A DNA stretch of 64,000 nucleotides from assembly GCF_963921235.1 (NCBI RefSeq), contig NC_086108.1:84198001-84262000 (forward strand), in the 5' to 3' direction. A program made the position numbers and the translations under genes. Below the pieces are notes generated by a model. The model saw nothing but the letters and a program-made list of their open reading frames with translations. It did not search any database and was not told where the DNA came from. Positions 51,608 to 64,000 of the stretch are shown piece after piece (the first letter of the stretch is position 1; each line of letters begins with the position of its first letter). This DNA is from Mobula hypostoma. Taxonomy: Eukaryota.

Positions 51608-52525
51608 AAGAGAGACTGGCTAGGCAGGTTTATTTTCCTTGGATTACAGATGGCAGAGGGGGGAATCCAATCAAGGTGTACAATGTTATTAGAGTTTAAA
51701 AAAATAGACGTGGACAAAGATGTTAACTGTCCTGTGCTATCACCAGTGAGATCATCAGTTGATCTGCCACCTGTCTTCAGGGGTTTCGGCCCGCTTATGA
51801 TCAAGACTCCCTTGAGGTGGTGGCCAGCAGTGCTAAAGCACCACTACCCACTGGCGAGCTCAAAAACTTGGCATCTGCCTCTATCAGAGTTGTTGGTCAC
51901 TTCCATCCAACAGATAGTCTGCTCTTCAGGTGTCTATGCAACTGTATGCTTTTCCCCCAGAGCAGAGGTGTTTTAGTTATCGCATTCTTTATCTTAGTCA
52001 GTTTATTATATGCTGCATTGGATCCGGAATAACAATTATTTCGTTCTCCATTACACTTGACTACTAAAAATGACATTAAGCAATCTTGAATCTTGAGACA
52101 GGTATCCTGCAACCAGTGACTCATCTGATGTCCCAAAGTCTTTGCACCCTTAATGAAGCAAATGGTATGAGCATTACGGTATACTTGTCCTTTATATACA
52201 GCTCTCAGAGCAAATTTAAAACAAAACTAATGGTCAAGGTAGATCATTTGATTGGCATGCCATTTATCATAAAAATACTCAATTCCTCCATTACTGGCGC
52301 ACAGTAGATGCATTATCTTCTGTAAAATGCAGCAAGTTACCTTCCAAAATTTCTGATAATGCCACTCTAGTCTGTGATTTCCATGACCAAGGCAGAAAGT
52401 GCATAAGAACACCACTACCAGAGAGTTGAAAATAGAACAGTATAATATGGGAAAAAACCATCCGGCCCATAATGTTGTGCCAAACTCATTAAACTAGTAA
52501 CTAAAAGCCTACTAAACTAGTCACT

Positions 52526-52622
52526 CAACACACACAAAATGCTTGTGGAACACAGTAGGCCAGACAGCATCCATAGGAAGAAGCATAGTTGACGTTTCAG
52601 GCCAAGACCCTTCGTCAGGACT
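52526..52622 (-). mobile_element. ~95-bp Penelope tail (hammerhead plus terminus) with 10-bp TSD, inside a CR1 3' end
   Basis: actagtcact at 52516-52525 and 52620-52629. Minus strand AGTC-CTGACGA-AGGGTCTTGGCCT-GAAA-CGTC-AACT. Confidence 0.8.
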
Positions 52623-54997
52623 AGTCACTTCTGCCTGCACAAGTCCATGTCCTACAATTCCCTGCCTCTTTGACGCCTCTACTGTATTTGCCTCCACTAC
52701 CACCTTTGGTATCATATTCCAGCCATTCAGCAGTCTCTGTGTAAAAAATAAACTTGTCCCACACATCACCTTTGAATTTACTCATTGTATGTTTCAATGT
52801 ACATGTAACCTTTCCTTTAACCTTTACTCATCAATGCCCTTCATAATCTTGCAAATTTCTGTCAATCTCCTCTCAGCCTATACCACCCCAGAGAAAACAA
52901 TCCTGGCATGTCCAACCACTCCTCATAGCACATGCCCTCGAATGTAGGCAGTATCTTGGTAAACCTGCAAATCATGTACCATCCCGATTTGGAAATATAT
53001 TATTGATCCTGGATCCTGGAGCTCACTCTGGCAGTGCTTCTGGGGAAGATCTTCACTTAGAGGATGGCAGCAGTTCAAGATAATGGTTCTCAAGGTCAAT
53101 TACTGTTAGGCAATAATTGTTAACATCGCTTACAACAGCCTTACCTGAGGAAAGTTTTGAATTTCATCCTATGTCATGCATTAAATAAGCCATAGAACAC
53201 AAATAATATTAATAAACTGAAAATGAATTAGAAAAGCTAAGGAGAAATCTATTTATTATTTCAGAGATACAGTGCAGACCAGAACCCTTCCGTCCCAACA
53301 AATCACACTGCCCAGCAACCCACCTATTTAACCCAAGTCGAACTACAGGACAATTTACAATGATCAATTAACCTGCTAACCGGTAAGTCTTAAATATATT
53401 TAAAGTTTCAACTTTTAATCAGTTATATAATTTACACAATGATTATTTTAGTTAAAATAAAAACAAGAACATTTAAGTGTTCTCTACATTCCCATGGAAT
53501 GCATGAGAAGTTAGATCTGCTTCTTAACGGAAGGGGAGAAGGGTATGAAAAATGTACTGTGTCTGGAATTGCAGACAGGAGGAATCCTCAAACTTCTGAA
53601 GAAGCAAGATAATAGAAATGTCTGAAGGACTGAAGCCAGAACTCTTGCTTTAGCATGGGAACTAAGGTTCACAATCTCTTTTTATGTTATGTTTGGCACA
53701 ATACAGACTAGAACTAAAGATGAAACAGTATGAAAGCATATCACACCTTGTGAATTGAATACATTTTATAGTTGTCAAAATTCCACAAGAAAGCATTACT
53801 GCATTGATAAATTAGTCTTCCAGCAGACAGCATGACAATTATGAGTTTACAAGTGCTTGGATAATTCTGAAATTTTTATTCAAATGCCCACAAACATTGC
53901 ATGATTTCAAATTTAATAACTGCATATATATTCTACCAAAATTGGATTTATATCAATTGTTCGATTTTTACTTTATTGTCGCCAAACAATTGATACTAGA
54001 GCATACAACCATCATAGCGATGATTTTTGTTCCTAATACATTTGATGTTAACGACAGCACTCCCACTGCCACTGTTTTGATGAAGTGCACTATGTGCTGG
54101 GTGGAGACAGGAGGGATGTGAGGTAAGGGTGCCTGCATGCGTGGTTTCCAGTAGGTGCATGGCTGTATCTGCAGAAAACGGTAAACATCAGTTACTTCGA
54201 TGATAAATAACTGGGTTGCATACAACTACTTCCCCAAAAGGAAAGCAGAAAGAGAACCCAATGGTACTGGCAAATTTTGGTTGGCAATATAAGTAATTGA
54301 AAAACTATGAAGATTTTTAAGCCCTAGTAATAAACAGCATGTGGATAACCACAGATTACAACTATGGATGCAAGCAATTTGGTCAGATGCATCTGTGCTT
54401 AATTTTAATGTGGGCAAGTAACATTGAAACTCACTTCCCTGTCTCATCCTAAATCATCTTCCTCAGCTTCAAGTGCCTATTTAATTCCCCCAAGGAATAG
54501 TTTGTGGCTCAATAAATATCAAGGTTAAACAATTTTCCGCTTCATGAAAGTGACAATGTGGAAAAGACTGATGCCAGGGTGATAAAATCCGATTGGAAAC
54601 ACTTGTCAAAATGTCAACTATTTCTGAAGGTCAAGGAACACCTCAACAGCAACCATAGGAATTGCAGCTCACAGACAAATATAAAATTGCATTATTTGCC
54701 TCACAGATTCTATGGTCACCTTGGAGCTGCCCAGACTGAATGACAAAAGGTCAACCATAGCCTGAAAACAAACACCTGTACCTACATGTTATGTGTATGC
54801 AGTTTCATCATTTTTAGGCAAGACATTTGCTGGTCAGAGGTGCCCAGTGAAATTTGAAGTCTATAATTACATTTTCCACCAAGTTGGAAACATTATTTGA
54901 GATACTTTTCCTTAATATTTGTTAAAAACTGCTGTGGTATAACTTCCTTGATGCAAAGTCTTAAGTGGACACCTAATGTTAAATAATCTCAGAAAAA

Positions 54998-55280
54998 GTG
55001 ATGGTAGCACAGTGGTTAACACATTGCTTTACAGTACCAGCGAAACAGGTTCAATTCCTGACGCTGCTTGTAAGGTGCTTGTACGTTCTCCCTATGACCG
55101 TGTGGGTTTCCTCAGGGTGCTCTGGTTTCCTCCCACAGTCCAAAGACGTACTGGTTGGTAAGTTCATTGACCACTGTAAATTGTCCTGTGATTAGGCTAG
55201 GATTAAATTGGGGGATTGCTGGGCAACATGACTTGTAGGGCAGGAAGGGCTGACTCCACACTATATGTAATTAAAAAAAA
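54998..55280 (+). mobile_element. V-SINE (HE1-like)
   Basis: A box TAGCACAGTGG, B box GGTTCAATTCC, V-domain, and A tail. Confidence 0.8.
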
Positions 55281-56592
55281 GAAATCTTGCAAAAGTAATG
55301 AACCTGTATAGTCTCTGGAATGTGAAATTAGTTTTAGTTACCTTCCAGAAGATTGAAATCAATATCTCATCTCAAATCTAATATATACCTTCCGGTATTA
55401 CAGTCCAAAGAAATTTGTGAAAATACACAACTACAGGTGCTAAAAATCTGAAACAGAAAATGCTGAAAACACTCAGCAAGTCAGGCAGCATCTGTGGAAA
55501 GAGAAACAGAATGAAATTTTCATCCGAAATCTTCTAAGAATTCCACGTTCTTAAAGCACACATTAATACAAAAACAATAGCTCAGAGCTAAACAGAAATA
55601 ATTCCAGAGCCAAGAGATGCTGTTAAGTGAAAACAATGAAGTAGTTAAGTGTTCAGTCTATGAGATGTACTACTTGACATTTCTGAAATGTTTCCAATTA
55701 GTACAATATTTTGTTTAGATTGGAAATACAGTAACTGTAGAGCACTACAAACTGTAAATCTAGCATTAAGAAACACTGGGCTGGATCTCACAAAATAATG
55801 CTATTAGGTATGCAAAAACCAGTCAACATTTTTTTTGCCAGGAGATACCTCATCAACAGCAAATTGTCACAAGTAGGAACTAATCCCTTATTCCCTGTAA
55901 ATTTCATGGAGTTGATTTAATTTCACATTAAATGCCCTTAAATTCTCCACAGAATGTGGTCTAGTTGTTATGAGAACAAGTATACATTGAAGGTTAACCT
56001 GACAACATGAAAATAAATAATATAAAGTGCAGGTTCAATGCTTCACATATAATAAAATTATTTTTAGAAGTGTCTTTCTTTCTGCCTTAATTGTCTGCAC
56101 CTCTGTTTTTCCTTTGTTAGTTGAATTGACATTGAATTTACAGATTCGATTTCATCCATCTCAGTTCTCCCGGTTATTTTCAATCCCTGATTCTCTCCTT
56201 TATTCTCATTACCATACATTTCTCCAACATGTTCCAAATGCCCTACAGTCCTATAACACCATTCTTAGCCTGCACATCCAAAGACTTCTATTGGCAATTA
56301 TTTAGAAGTCTGAATGTAGAATGCAAATCACTTCAACTGATAGATCACCAAGTGGCCTCAATCTAGCAAACCCTCAGCCATAATATTTCCATTTGTTCAA
56401 TGGTCATAATTAACCACCAAACATCAAAACATTCAGATATTGCAATCTCTATTGAGGTCATTTCAGCTCCAAAAGAGAACAGGAGCACTATTTTTAAAGC
56501 AAAAACAGCCTCTCATTTATAACACTGCTAAGAAACTCCATTATGTCTTTTTAATTGAAAATAAATAAACTTTGTTGTAATGTAATGCGATT

Positions 56593-56885
56593 GGGGTGCC
56601 ACAGTAGCGGGTAGCACAACTCTATTACAGCTCAGGGCTTCAGTGTTTGCAGTTCAATCCTTGCATCCTCTATAAGGGGATATACGTCCCTCCCTCTGGA
56701 ATGCATGGGTTTTCTCCGGATCCTCCGGTTCCCTCCCACAATCCAAACATGTACTGGGTAAGTTAACTGGTCATTGAGAATTGTCCTGTGATTTGGTTAG
56801 AGTTAAATTGGGGTTGTCAGGGGTTGTGGGGCAGTGCAGCTTGAAGAGCTGGAAGGCCCCGTTCTATGCTGTATCTCTAAACAGA
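56593..56885 (+). mobile_element. V-SINE (HE1-like)
   Basis: ggggtgccacagtagcg head, AGTTCAATCC box, and V-domain. Confidence 0.75.
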
Positions 56886-58589
56886 TACAAGTCATATGCA
56901 ATTTCTAACCGTGTTCTGACAAAGCAAATAGCATACCCTGCCTTTTCACATTAAACATCAGTTTTGCGTCATCCAAATCTATTACCATATACACTTACAG
57001 GGGTAATCCACAATCTATCTAGATGTATCAAATCAACATCATACATATAAAGTTCTTCTGTCATCATCTTTTTTTTATTTCTTTTGCAGAGACTGAAAAT
57101 TGGGGAATTGCAGGTGGCAAAATAGAGACTAGAAAAGAAGAGGCTGTGCATGAGATAGAGGGAGGCAGACAGACAACATAGAGTGCAAGAAAGAAATGGG
57201 ATAAAAATACTTTCTTCAAGCATTATATATCAAGCATCTCCACTTACATTATTATTCTTTCTGCATCACAGCAAAGCTAATGAAGGTGGAAGGAAAAGAA
57301 ACTGAAGTCTTGCCGAAGAATATGTTGAAGCCTTTTCAGTGAGAACAAGTAGCCGTGTAAAAACCTGTGGGAATGCGAATTGTGCAAGAAGATCAGAGTG
57401 CAACGTGTCAACACTCCAAAATATGCCAAACTAGAAGAAAGGACTGGATACGGTGGTGGATTTAATGAAAAGAGAAACTTAAATGAGGTGCGAAGCAGAG
57501 AGTAAGCACAGCTGTTTCTGCCCAAAATAAACTGAGCACTTAAAGCGCTTTAACCATCAATTTTGAAATTCTCTGAATAGCTCTCCATTCAAAAGAGAGA
57601 ACAGGTCCCTCGAAATGTAACAATATTTATAGAGGATTTTCCACACTAACAGCCTAAAAAACAGCTATTCTAAAACATAGACTGAGTGAGATTACAGTTA
57701 ATACCTCAGGGAGATATGAAAAATAATATATACTAGTGACTCCCAACACAACCAAAATAGCTTAAACTATTTTGTAATGTTGGGAATAGAGATGATTGAA
57801 GAGAGATGGAGACACAATAATAAAGGGTGGCAAGAAATATCAGAAGTGTTACAGGTACAAAGACACTCTTACATATTAACTCTTTGCCTCGTAACTCCTT
57901 CACCTCCTCAATAAGACCTCAGGTTTGTTTACGCTTCATGATCAGATAAATATGGCCATGTTCTAATGCAAGACATGGGTGCAAGCTCATTCTTCACATT
58001 ATAGAAAGATCATATTTAACTTCACAAGTTTATATTACTCTACTGGTGTTTTCCACTCAACGTTTACTACTGAGTCATGCCAAGCTATGCCTTCATACGC
58101 ACATTAGGATCTCAACGACATAATACTCATGTGAGATTCAAAAGCAAGATTTTTCAGACTGTACCTCAGTGCAGACTTTCAGACACTTTTCCAATCCTAA
58201 CTTACCAATAAGGAACAAGAGAACTAGTCAATTAATCATATCACTAACCATCTGTGACCCATACAAATTCTGTGTATGTTTCAATGAGATCACCCTACAT
58301 TCTTCTAAACTCTCCTCACAGGAAAATTCCCAACCTGTGACTCAATTTGGTGTATGTTTCTTGCACTCCTACCACCATTATGGTATTCCATTGGTAGGGA
58401 GAACTGATTGGTACATAACCTTACAGGTGCAATCTCATTGCAGTCTGCATAATTGCAGTAATGTACACTCAGACCCTGCATAGTGTTGATTCATTACCAC
58501 GCTATTATTCAATTCTTTACTGAAATTTTTTTAAATGACAAAAATACATTCGAAACAACATTTAGAACTTCTCAAGAATGGCCGCCGTT

Positions 58590-59330
58590 ACAGTAAACAT
58601 TCAATCAGCCAATGAGAGCGCTTTACATACACGCAGAGTCACCCACAGCTAATCACGTATTAGTTCACGCTCTGCCTCCCCCATGTGTGTAAACGTTCTT
58701 GCTTCCTTGCCACTTTTTTCGCCCGTAACATCTGGAAAATGGCCTGCAACTTCCAGTGAGGGTAGTGAGAGCCTTAATAACGAAGAGCTTAGAGAACTGG
58801 CAAAGCAACGTATCCTGGGTGAATCTGAGGACAGGGGTGGAGAAGAAGGAACACAAGCAAGAAACCTCACCACAACATTCCTCGGCACTAGCATCACCAT
58901 GATCACACAAATCATGGACTAGTTCATTGATAATGACCTTGACTAGGAGCAAAGAAACAAGGCAAAGAGAGATGATCTTGACATGATTTCCTGCTGCAAA
59001 GAACTGCTTCATGAGAGGAAACTTAAGAAAAGGCAGTCAACTCTTGCCTGCTTGAAGAAAAAGCCAAAGTTAGAGGAGGACCCACAGATTGGTCCCTTAT
59101 CTAAGATGTAACCACCACCCACTTCCCTCCGCTGCTGCTGCGATGTGTTGCTGCTCCACTGATGTACAGATTAAGCCTATTTACATGTCTATTACTCCAC
59201 GAATTAGTGTATACATAAAATAATATACCATATATCTCAGGCTTGCTTTTTTAAAAATCAGGCACACATGTCCATTTATGCCATGTTGTAATGTTCCCGC
59301 ATAGCACTAATTTACAGAGGAACACCTCTG
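58590..59330 (+). mobile_element. Tigger/pogo transposase C-terminal remnant
   Basis: SLNNEELRELAKQRILGESED...RNLTTTFL...QIMD*FIDND...CCKELLHERKLKKRQSTL resembles the acidic and basic C-terminus of Tigger/TIGD transposases. Confidence 0.55.
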
Positions 59331-59751
59331 AGGAACACATCCTCAGTGCTCCTCAGTGCTACGTGGGGTCTGAGCGTACCTTAAATTTTCCATTCAAAAT
59401 CTCTAAGACTTCTGAACTATTTGATGTACCTTCATGTAAGTTTCAGGTATTCCATGCACAAGGTCCCTGTGAATGTCAATACTTTTTAAGAACAAAATTT
59501 AAAAAGTACTGTACTTTTCTATATTTTCTACCGAAGTATTGATAATGCCTCATCAGTGAATAGACTTAATTTCTCCTTTACCACATTGCTCATTACATAA
59601 ATGAATAAGAGCTCCATTTACCAACATTATTAACTATCAGAGCTGGTTAAAAACAAATTAAAACCAAACCAGCATACAAGATAGACATCAATAAGCACAC
59701 AAGAGTATCTAGATCATGCCTTACCTGTTAGGACCACAAAATCAAGGAATT

Positions 59752-61307
59752 TAGAAACATAGAAAACCTACAGCACAATACAGGCCCGTTGGTCCACAAA
59801 GTTGTGACGAACATGTCCCTACCTTAGAAATTACTAGGCTTACCTACAGCCCTCTATTTTTCTAAGTTTCATGTACCTATCCAAAAGTCTCTTAAAAGAC
59901 CCCATCATATCCGCCTCCACCACCATTGCCAGCAGCCCACTCCACACACTCACCACTCTCTGAGTAAAAGACTTACCCCTGACATCTCCTCTGTACCTAC
60001 TCCCCAGCACCTTAAACCTGTGTCCTCTTGTGGCAACCATTTCAGCCCTGGGAAAAAGTCTCTGACTATCCACTTGATCAATGCCTCTCATCATCTCATA
60101 CACCTCTATCAGGTCACCTCTCATCCTCCGTCGCTCCAAGGAGAAAAGGCTGAGTTCACTCAACCTATTCTCATAAGGCATGCTCCCCAATCCAGGCAAC
60201 ATCCTTGTAAGTCTCCTCTGCACCCTTTCTATGGCTTCCACATTCTTCCTGTAGTGAGGCAACCAGAACTGAGCACAGTACTCCAAGTGGGGTCTGACCG
60301 GGTACCTCTTGACTCCTAAATTCAATTCCACAATTGATGAAGGTCAATACACCGTACACCTTCTTAACCACAGAGTCAACCTGTGCAGCTGCTTTAAGCG
60401 TCCTATAACTCGGACCGCAAGATCCCTCTGATCCTCCACACTGCCAAGAGTCTTACCATTAATACTATATTCTGCCATAATATTTGACCTACTAAAATGA
60501 ACCACTTCACACTTATCTGGGTTGAACGCCATCTGCCACTTCTCAGCCCAGTTTTGCATCCTATCAATGTCCCGTTGTAACCTCTGACAGACCCTCCACA
60601 CTATCCACAACACCCCCAAACTTCATGTCATCAGCAAACTTACTAACCATCCTTCCACTTCCTCATCCAGGTCATTTATAAAAATCACAAGGAGTAAGGG
60701 TCCCAGAACAGATCCCCGAGGCACTCCACTGGTGACCGACCTCCATGCAAAATATGACCCGTCTCCAACCACTCTTTGCCTTCTGTGGGCAAGTCAGTTC
60801 GGGATCCACAAAGCAATGGCTCCTTGGATCCCATGCCTCCTTACTTTCTCAATAAGCCTTGCATGGGGTACCTTATCAAATGCCTTGCTGAAATCCATAT
60901 ACACTACATCTACTGTTCTATCTTCATCAATGTGTTTAGTCACAGCCTCAAAAAATTCAATCAGGCTCATAAGGCACGATCTGCCCTTGACAAAGCCATG
61001 CTGACTATTCCTAATCATATCATACCTCTCCAAATGTTCATAAATCCTGCCTCTCAGGATCTTCTCCATCAACTTACCAACCACTGAGGTAAGACTCACT
61101 GCTCTATCATTTCCTGGGTTATCTCTACTCCCTTTCTTGAATAAAGGAACAACATCCACAACCCTCCAATCCTCCAGAACCTCTCCCGTCCCCATTGACG
61201 ATGCAAAGATCACCGCCAGAGGCTCAGCAATCTCCTCCCTCGCCTCCCACAGTAGCCTGGGGTACATCTCATCCAGTCCCGGCGACTTATCCAACTTGAT
61301 GCTTTCT
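59752..61307 (-). mobile_element. CR1 LINE, relatively young, RT and 3' end
   Basis: KSPGLDEMYPRLL, SQHGFVKGRSCL, YMDFSKAFDKVPH and RPHLEYCAQFW motifs, with few disruptions. Confidence 0.95.
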
Positions 61308-63054
61308 AAGAGCTGACACTGACACAATACGATACTCCATGCCAGCTTACTGAATAATGCACTCATAAATTTAGGCTCTTCCAAAACAAAATTAGTGATG
61401 TGTAATTAAATTAATAACAATAATAGGGTCCAAGAAACCAATACACATCAAATGGCTAACATTTCTTTCAACTATGTGACTTACGACTAATATTAAATTC
61501 ACCTTGTAACAGGAAAAAAAAAGAGAAAATCCAGTTATATGCCATTTTTCCCATGCTTCATTTGGTTCTATATGATGTTAAAAGGGTTCTCCTGTAATCA
61601 TTTGATCATCCACTGGCTCTGTCCTGTCATAAAGGACAACTAAAAGGAACATATAAACAGTAGTTTTGTGCAATGCAATATAGTTGAACAGACAATTGTT
61701 GGAGGAATAGCTTTCATTAGAAACTGTACAATGGTAATGTTAAAAGTTTCCAACAAAGAAAATTTTTAAAGCATTTTAAGATGTAAATCTGGAGAAAGCA
61801 GTGAAATGCCACTCAAAATAAAACTTTAAAACAAAAACATACATCCAAGTTGATACATCAACGGATAAGTAGACTTGTCAGAACAAAGTAATTGTTCGTT
61901 TTTATACTTGGCACAGTTAAGTTCTGGGGCAGTGACAAGCTTGTATAATTGAGATGAATAGGTTTTTTATGGTAATACTAATGGTAAATTCACAGGCTTA
62001 ATGTAATTAAGATAAAAGTATATTGCTGGGCGTAGGATGACCTGGACAGATGTTACTGAAAATCCAATCAGGACCAATGAATATAAATCCCATGGTGTTC
62101 AATACTCAGAGGATTCATATCTGCAGTCAATTGACACTGAGGTGAATATAACCAATTACATAACTTTTGCCAGTTTTTAAAAACGAAAATGAAATTTGAG
62201 CCAAGAAGTGACTGCTGTAACTGCTCAATAACTCTGAATATAAAGGTTACTAGGCACCACACATGTACTGTATTATTTTTATTGTGTAAGTCTGTGCCCA
62301 AGGTCTGTCAGTTACTACACAACTTAACCAGATGGTCCTTTCAACCAAGCTACTCATTTGATACCTGTGAAAAACAAGCATTCAAAACACACAATTTACA
62401 GATTTTATTAAATGGCATCAAAGCACTTAAGAAACACCATAATACTTATAAGGCACCACAGCTGCAGGCATCAAAAGTATACAAGCACTGGGCAACAGGA
62501 AAATAATTTAGTAGGTATCAGAGCAAAGAAAGACATGTACTTTTCCAAAAAAAAGGCACATAAATACAATTTAATAGCATGAGGAAAATAGGTGTTAGTC
62601 TGCTTTCTTGCAATCATAATGGAAACTGGATATAGCTCTGTATGTTACCGTATCTGCTAAGGTCATGAGTGGCTATCTTTCTGTAACCTGATTGTGCCAA
62701 CTTCTCATTGCATTCTTACTGCATATGTGCATGAATTAACAATCAAACCAATGCCATTCCCTACTTTTATTCACAAGAATGTTCTCTCGCTGCAAATGCT
62801 GGAATATGTAGTGAAAAATAAACTGATGCAGGGTCTCATCAAAAAACATTCACCATCCTTTTCTCTCCACAGATGCTGAGTTCTTCTGGCAGTACATTTT
62901 TTATTCTAAGACCCATCAGCTGGTGAAACTACTTTAAGGAAATCATCCAGTTGAATGGTGCCTCATTTGCAAATACTGTATTGTACTTCGGCAGTACCCT
63001 TATTTCCCCAAAACTTAAAACCACAATCATGGTGTTGTACATGGTAGGTCGAAT

Positions 63055-64000
63055 CTAACCAATTTTACAGAGTTTTTCGAATAGCTTACCAGGAAAGTTG
63101 ATGAAGGCCAGGCAGTGGATGTTGTCGCAATGGCCTTTAGCAAGGCCTTTGATGAAGTCCCACATGGGAGGTTGGTCAAGAAAGTTCAGTAACTTGGCAT
63201 TCAGGATGAGGTAGTAAATTGGATTAGATATTGGCTTTGTGGGAGAAGCCAGGGAGTAGTGGCAGATGGTTGCCTCTCTGACTGGGGGCCCGTGACAGGT
63301 GGTTTGCTGCAGTGGTGCTGGATCCATTGCTGTTTACCATCTATAACAACAATCTGGATCATAGTGAACTGGAATTGGACGTGTACTGGACGGCAAGATA
63401 GGCTATCAAAACACACAGTAGGACCTGGAACAGCTGGACAAAACGTGTTGAAAAATGGCAGATGGAATTTAATGCAGATCAAGTGTGAGGAGTTGTACTT
63501 TGGGAGGACAAACCAGAGTAGGACTTACACAGTGAGTGGTAGAACACTGAGGAGTACAGTAGAACAGAGGGATCTGGGAATACAGATCTATAATTCCTTA
63601 AAAGCAGTGTTACAGGTAGAAAGTGTAGTAAAGAAAGGTTGAATAGGTTACACCTTTATTCCCCAGAGTGTAGGAGAATGAAGGGAGATTTGCTAGAGGT
63701 ATACAAAATTATGAGGGGTATGATAGGGTAAATGCAAGCCAGCTTTTTCCACAGAGGTTGGGTGAGACTAGAATTTAAGGTCGTGGGTTCAGAGTGAAAA
63801 TGAAATGTTTAAGGGGAACATGAGGGGGAACTTCTTCACTCAGGAGGTCATGAGAGTGTAGCACAGGCTGCCAATGGAAGTGACGGATAAGGGTTTGATT
63901 TCAACATTTAAGAAAAATGTGGATAGGTACATGGAGGGCTTTGGTCCGGGCGCAGTTTGATGGGACTAGGCAAATTAGTAGTTTAGCATGAACTAGGTGG
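63055..64000 (+). mobile_element. CR1 RT and 3' fragment
   Basis: FSKAFDEVPHGRL and KCEELYFGRTN..VEQRDLGIQI motifs. Confidence 0.88.

Noticed and set aside
9531..56885. Apparent plus-strand bias of V-SINEs
   Set aside because: About six plus copies versus at least one minus fragment (~53250-53390); too few to be meaningful.
56999..57092. Minus-strand exon-like segment (ttttcag|...CCT|gtaagt), 94 nt, near the size expected for the upstream ST3GAL3 exon
   Set aside because: Translation (LCKRNKKKMMTEELY...) has no similarity to ST3GAL3, and 94 nt would shift the frame.

Overview
AT-rich vertebrate genomic DNA, not prokaryotic. The repeat families (CR1, V-SINE/HE1-like, Penelope-like, Rex1/Babar) point to a cartilaginous fish, probably a ray; this is an inference. 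The window lies inside ST3GAL3 (alpha-2,3-sialyltransferase) on the minus strand. Two coding exons are visible (17743-17837, 95 nt; 1324-1387, 64 nt), separated by a ~16.4 kb intron. No further ST3GAL3 exon was recognised in the remaining ~46 kb. The rest is intron packed with decayed mobile elements: CR1, Rex1/Babar, RTE and L1 LINEs, Penelope-like (GIY-YIG) elements, Tc1 and Tigger remnants, and tRNA-derived SINEs. The most interesting signal is a minimal type I hammerhead ribozyme motif (AGTC-CTGACGA-A-GGGT/CTCG/GCCC-GAAA-CGTC-GACT) in the Penelope tails, present in about a dozen full or partial copies. One ~200-bp TSD-flanked, non-coding element (5988-6189) carries two hammerheads head-to-tail inside a 35-bp inverted repeat. 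There is also a 33-bp insertion at 29908 apparently copied from a site 6.2 kb away. Most ORF-track entries are transposon fragments or chance ORFs. Repeat boundaries were read by eye and are approximate unless a TSD or TIR is given.
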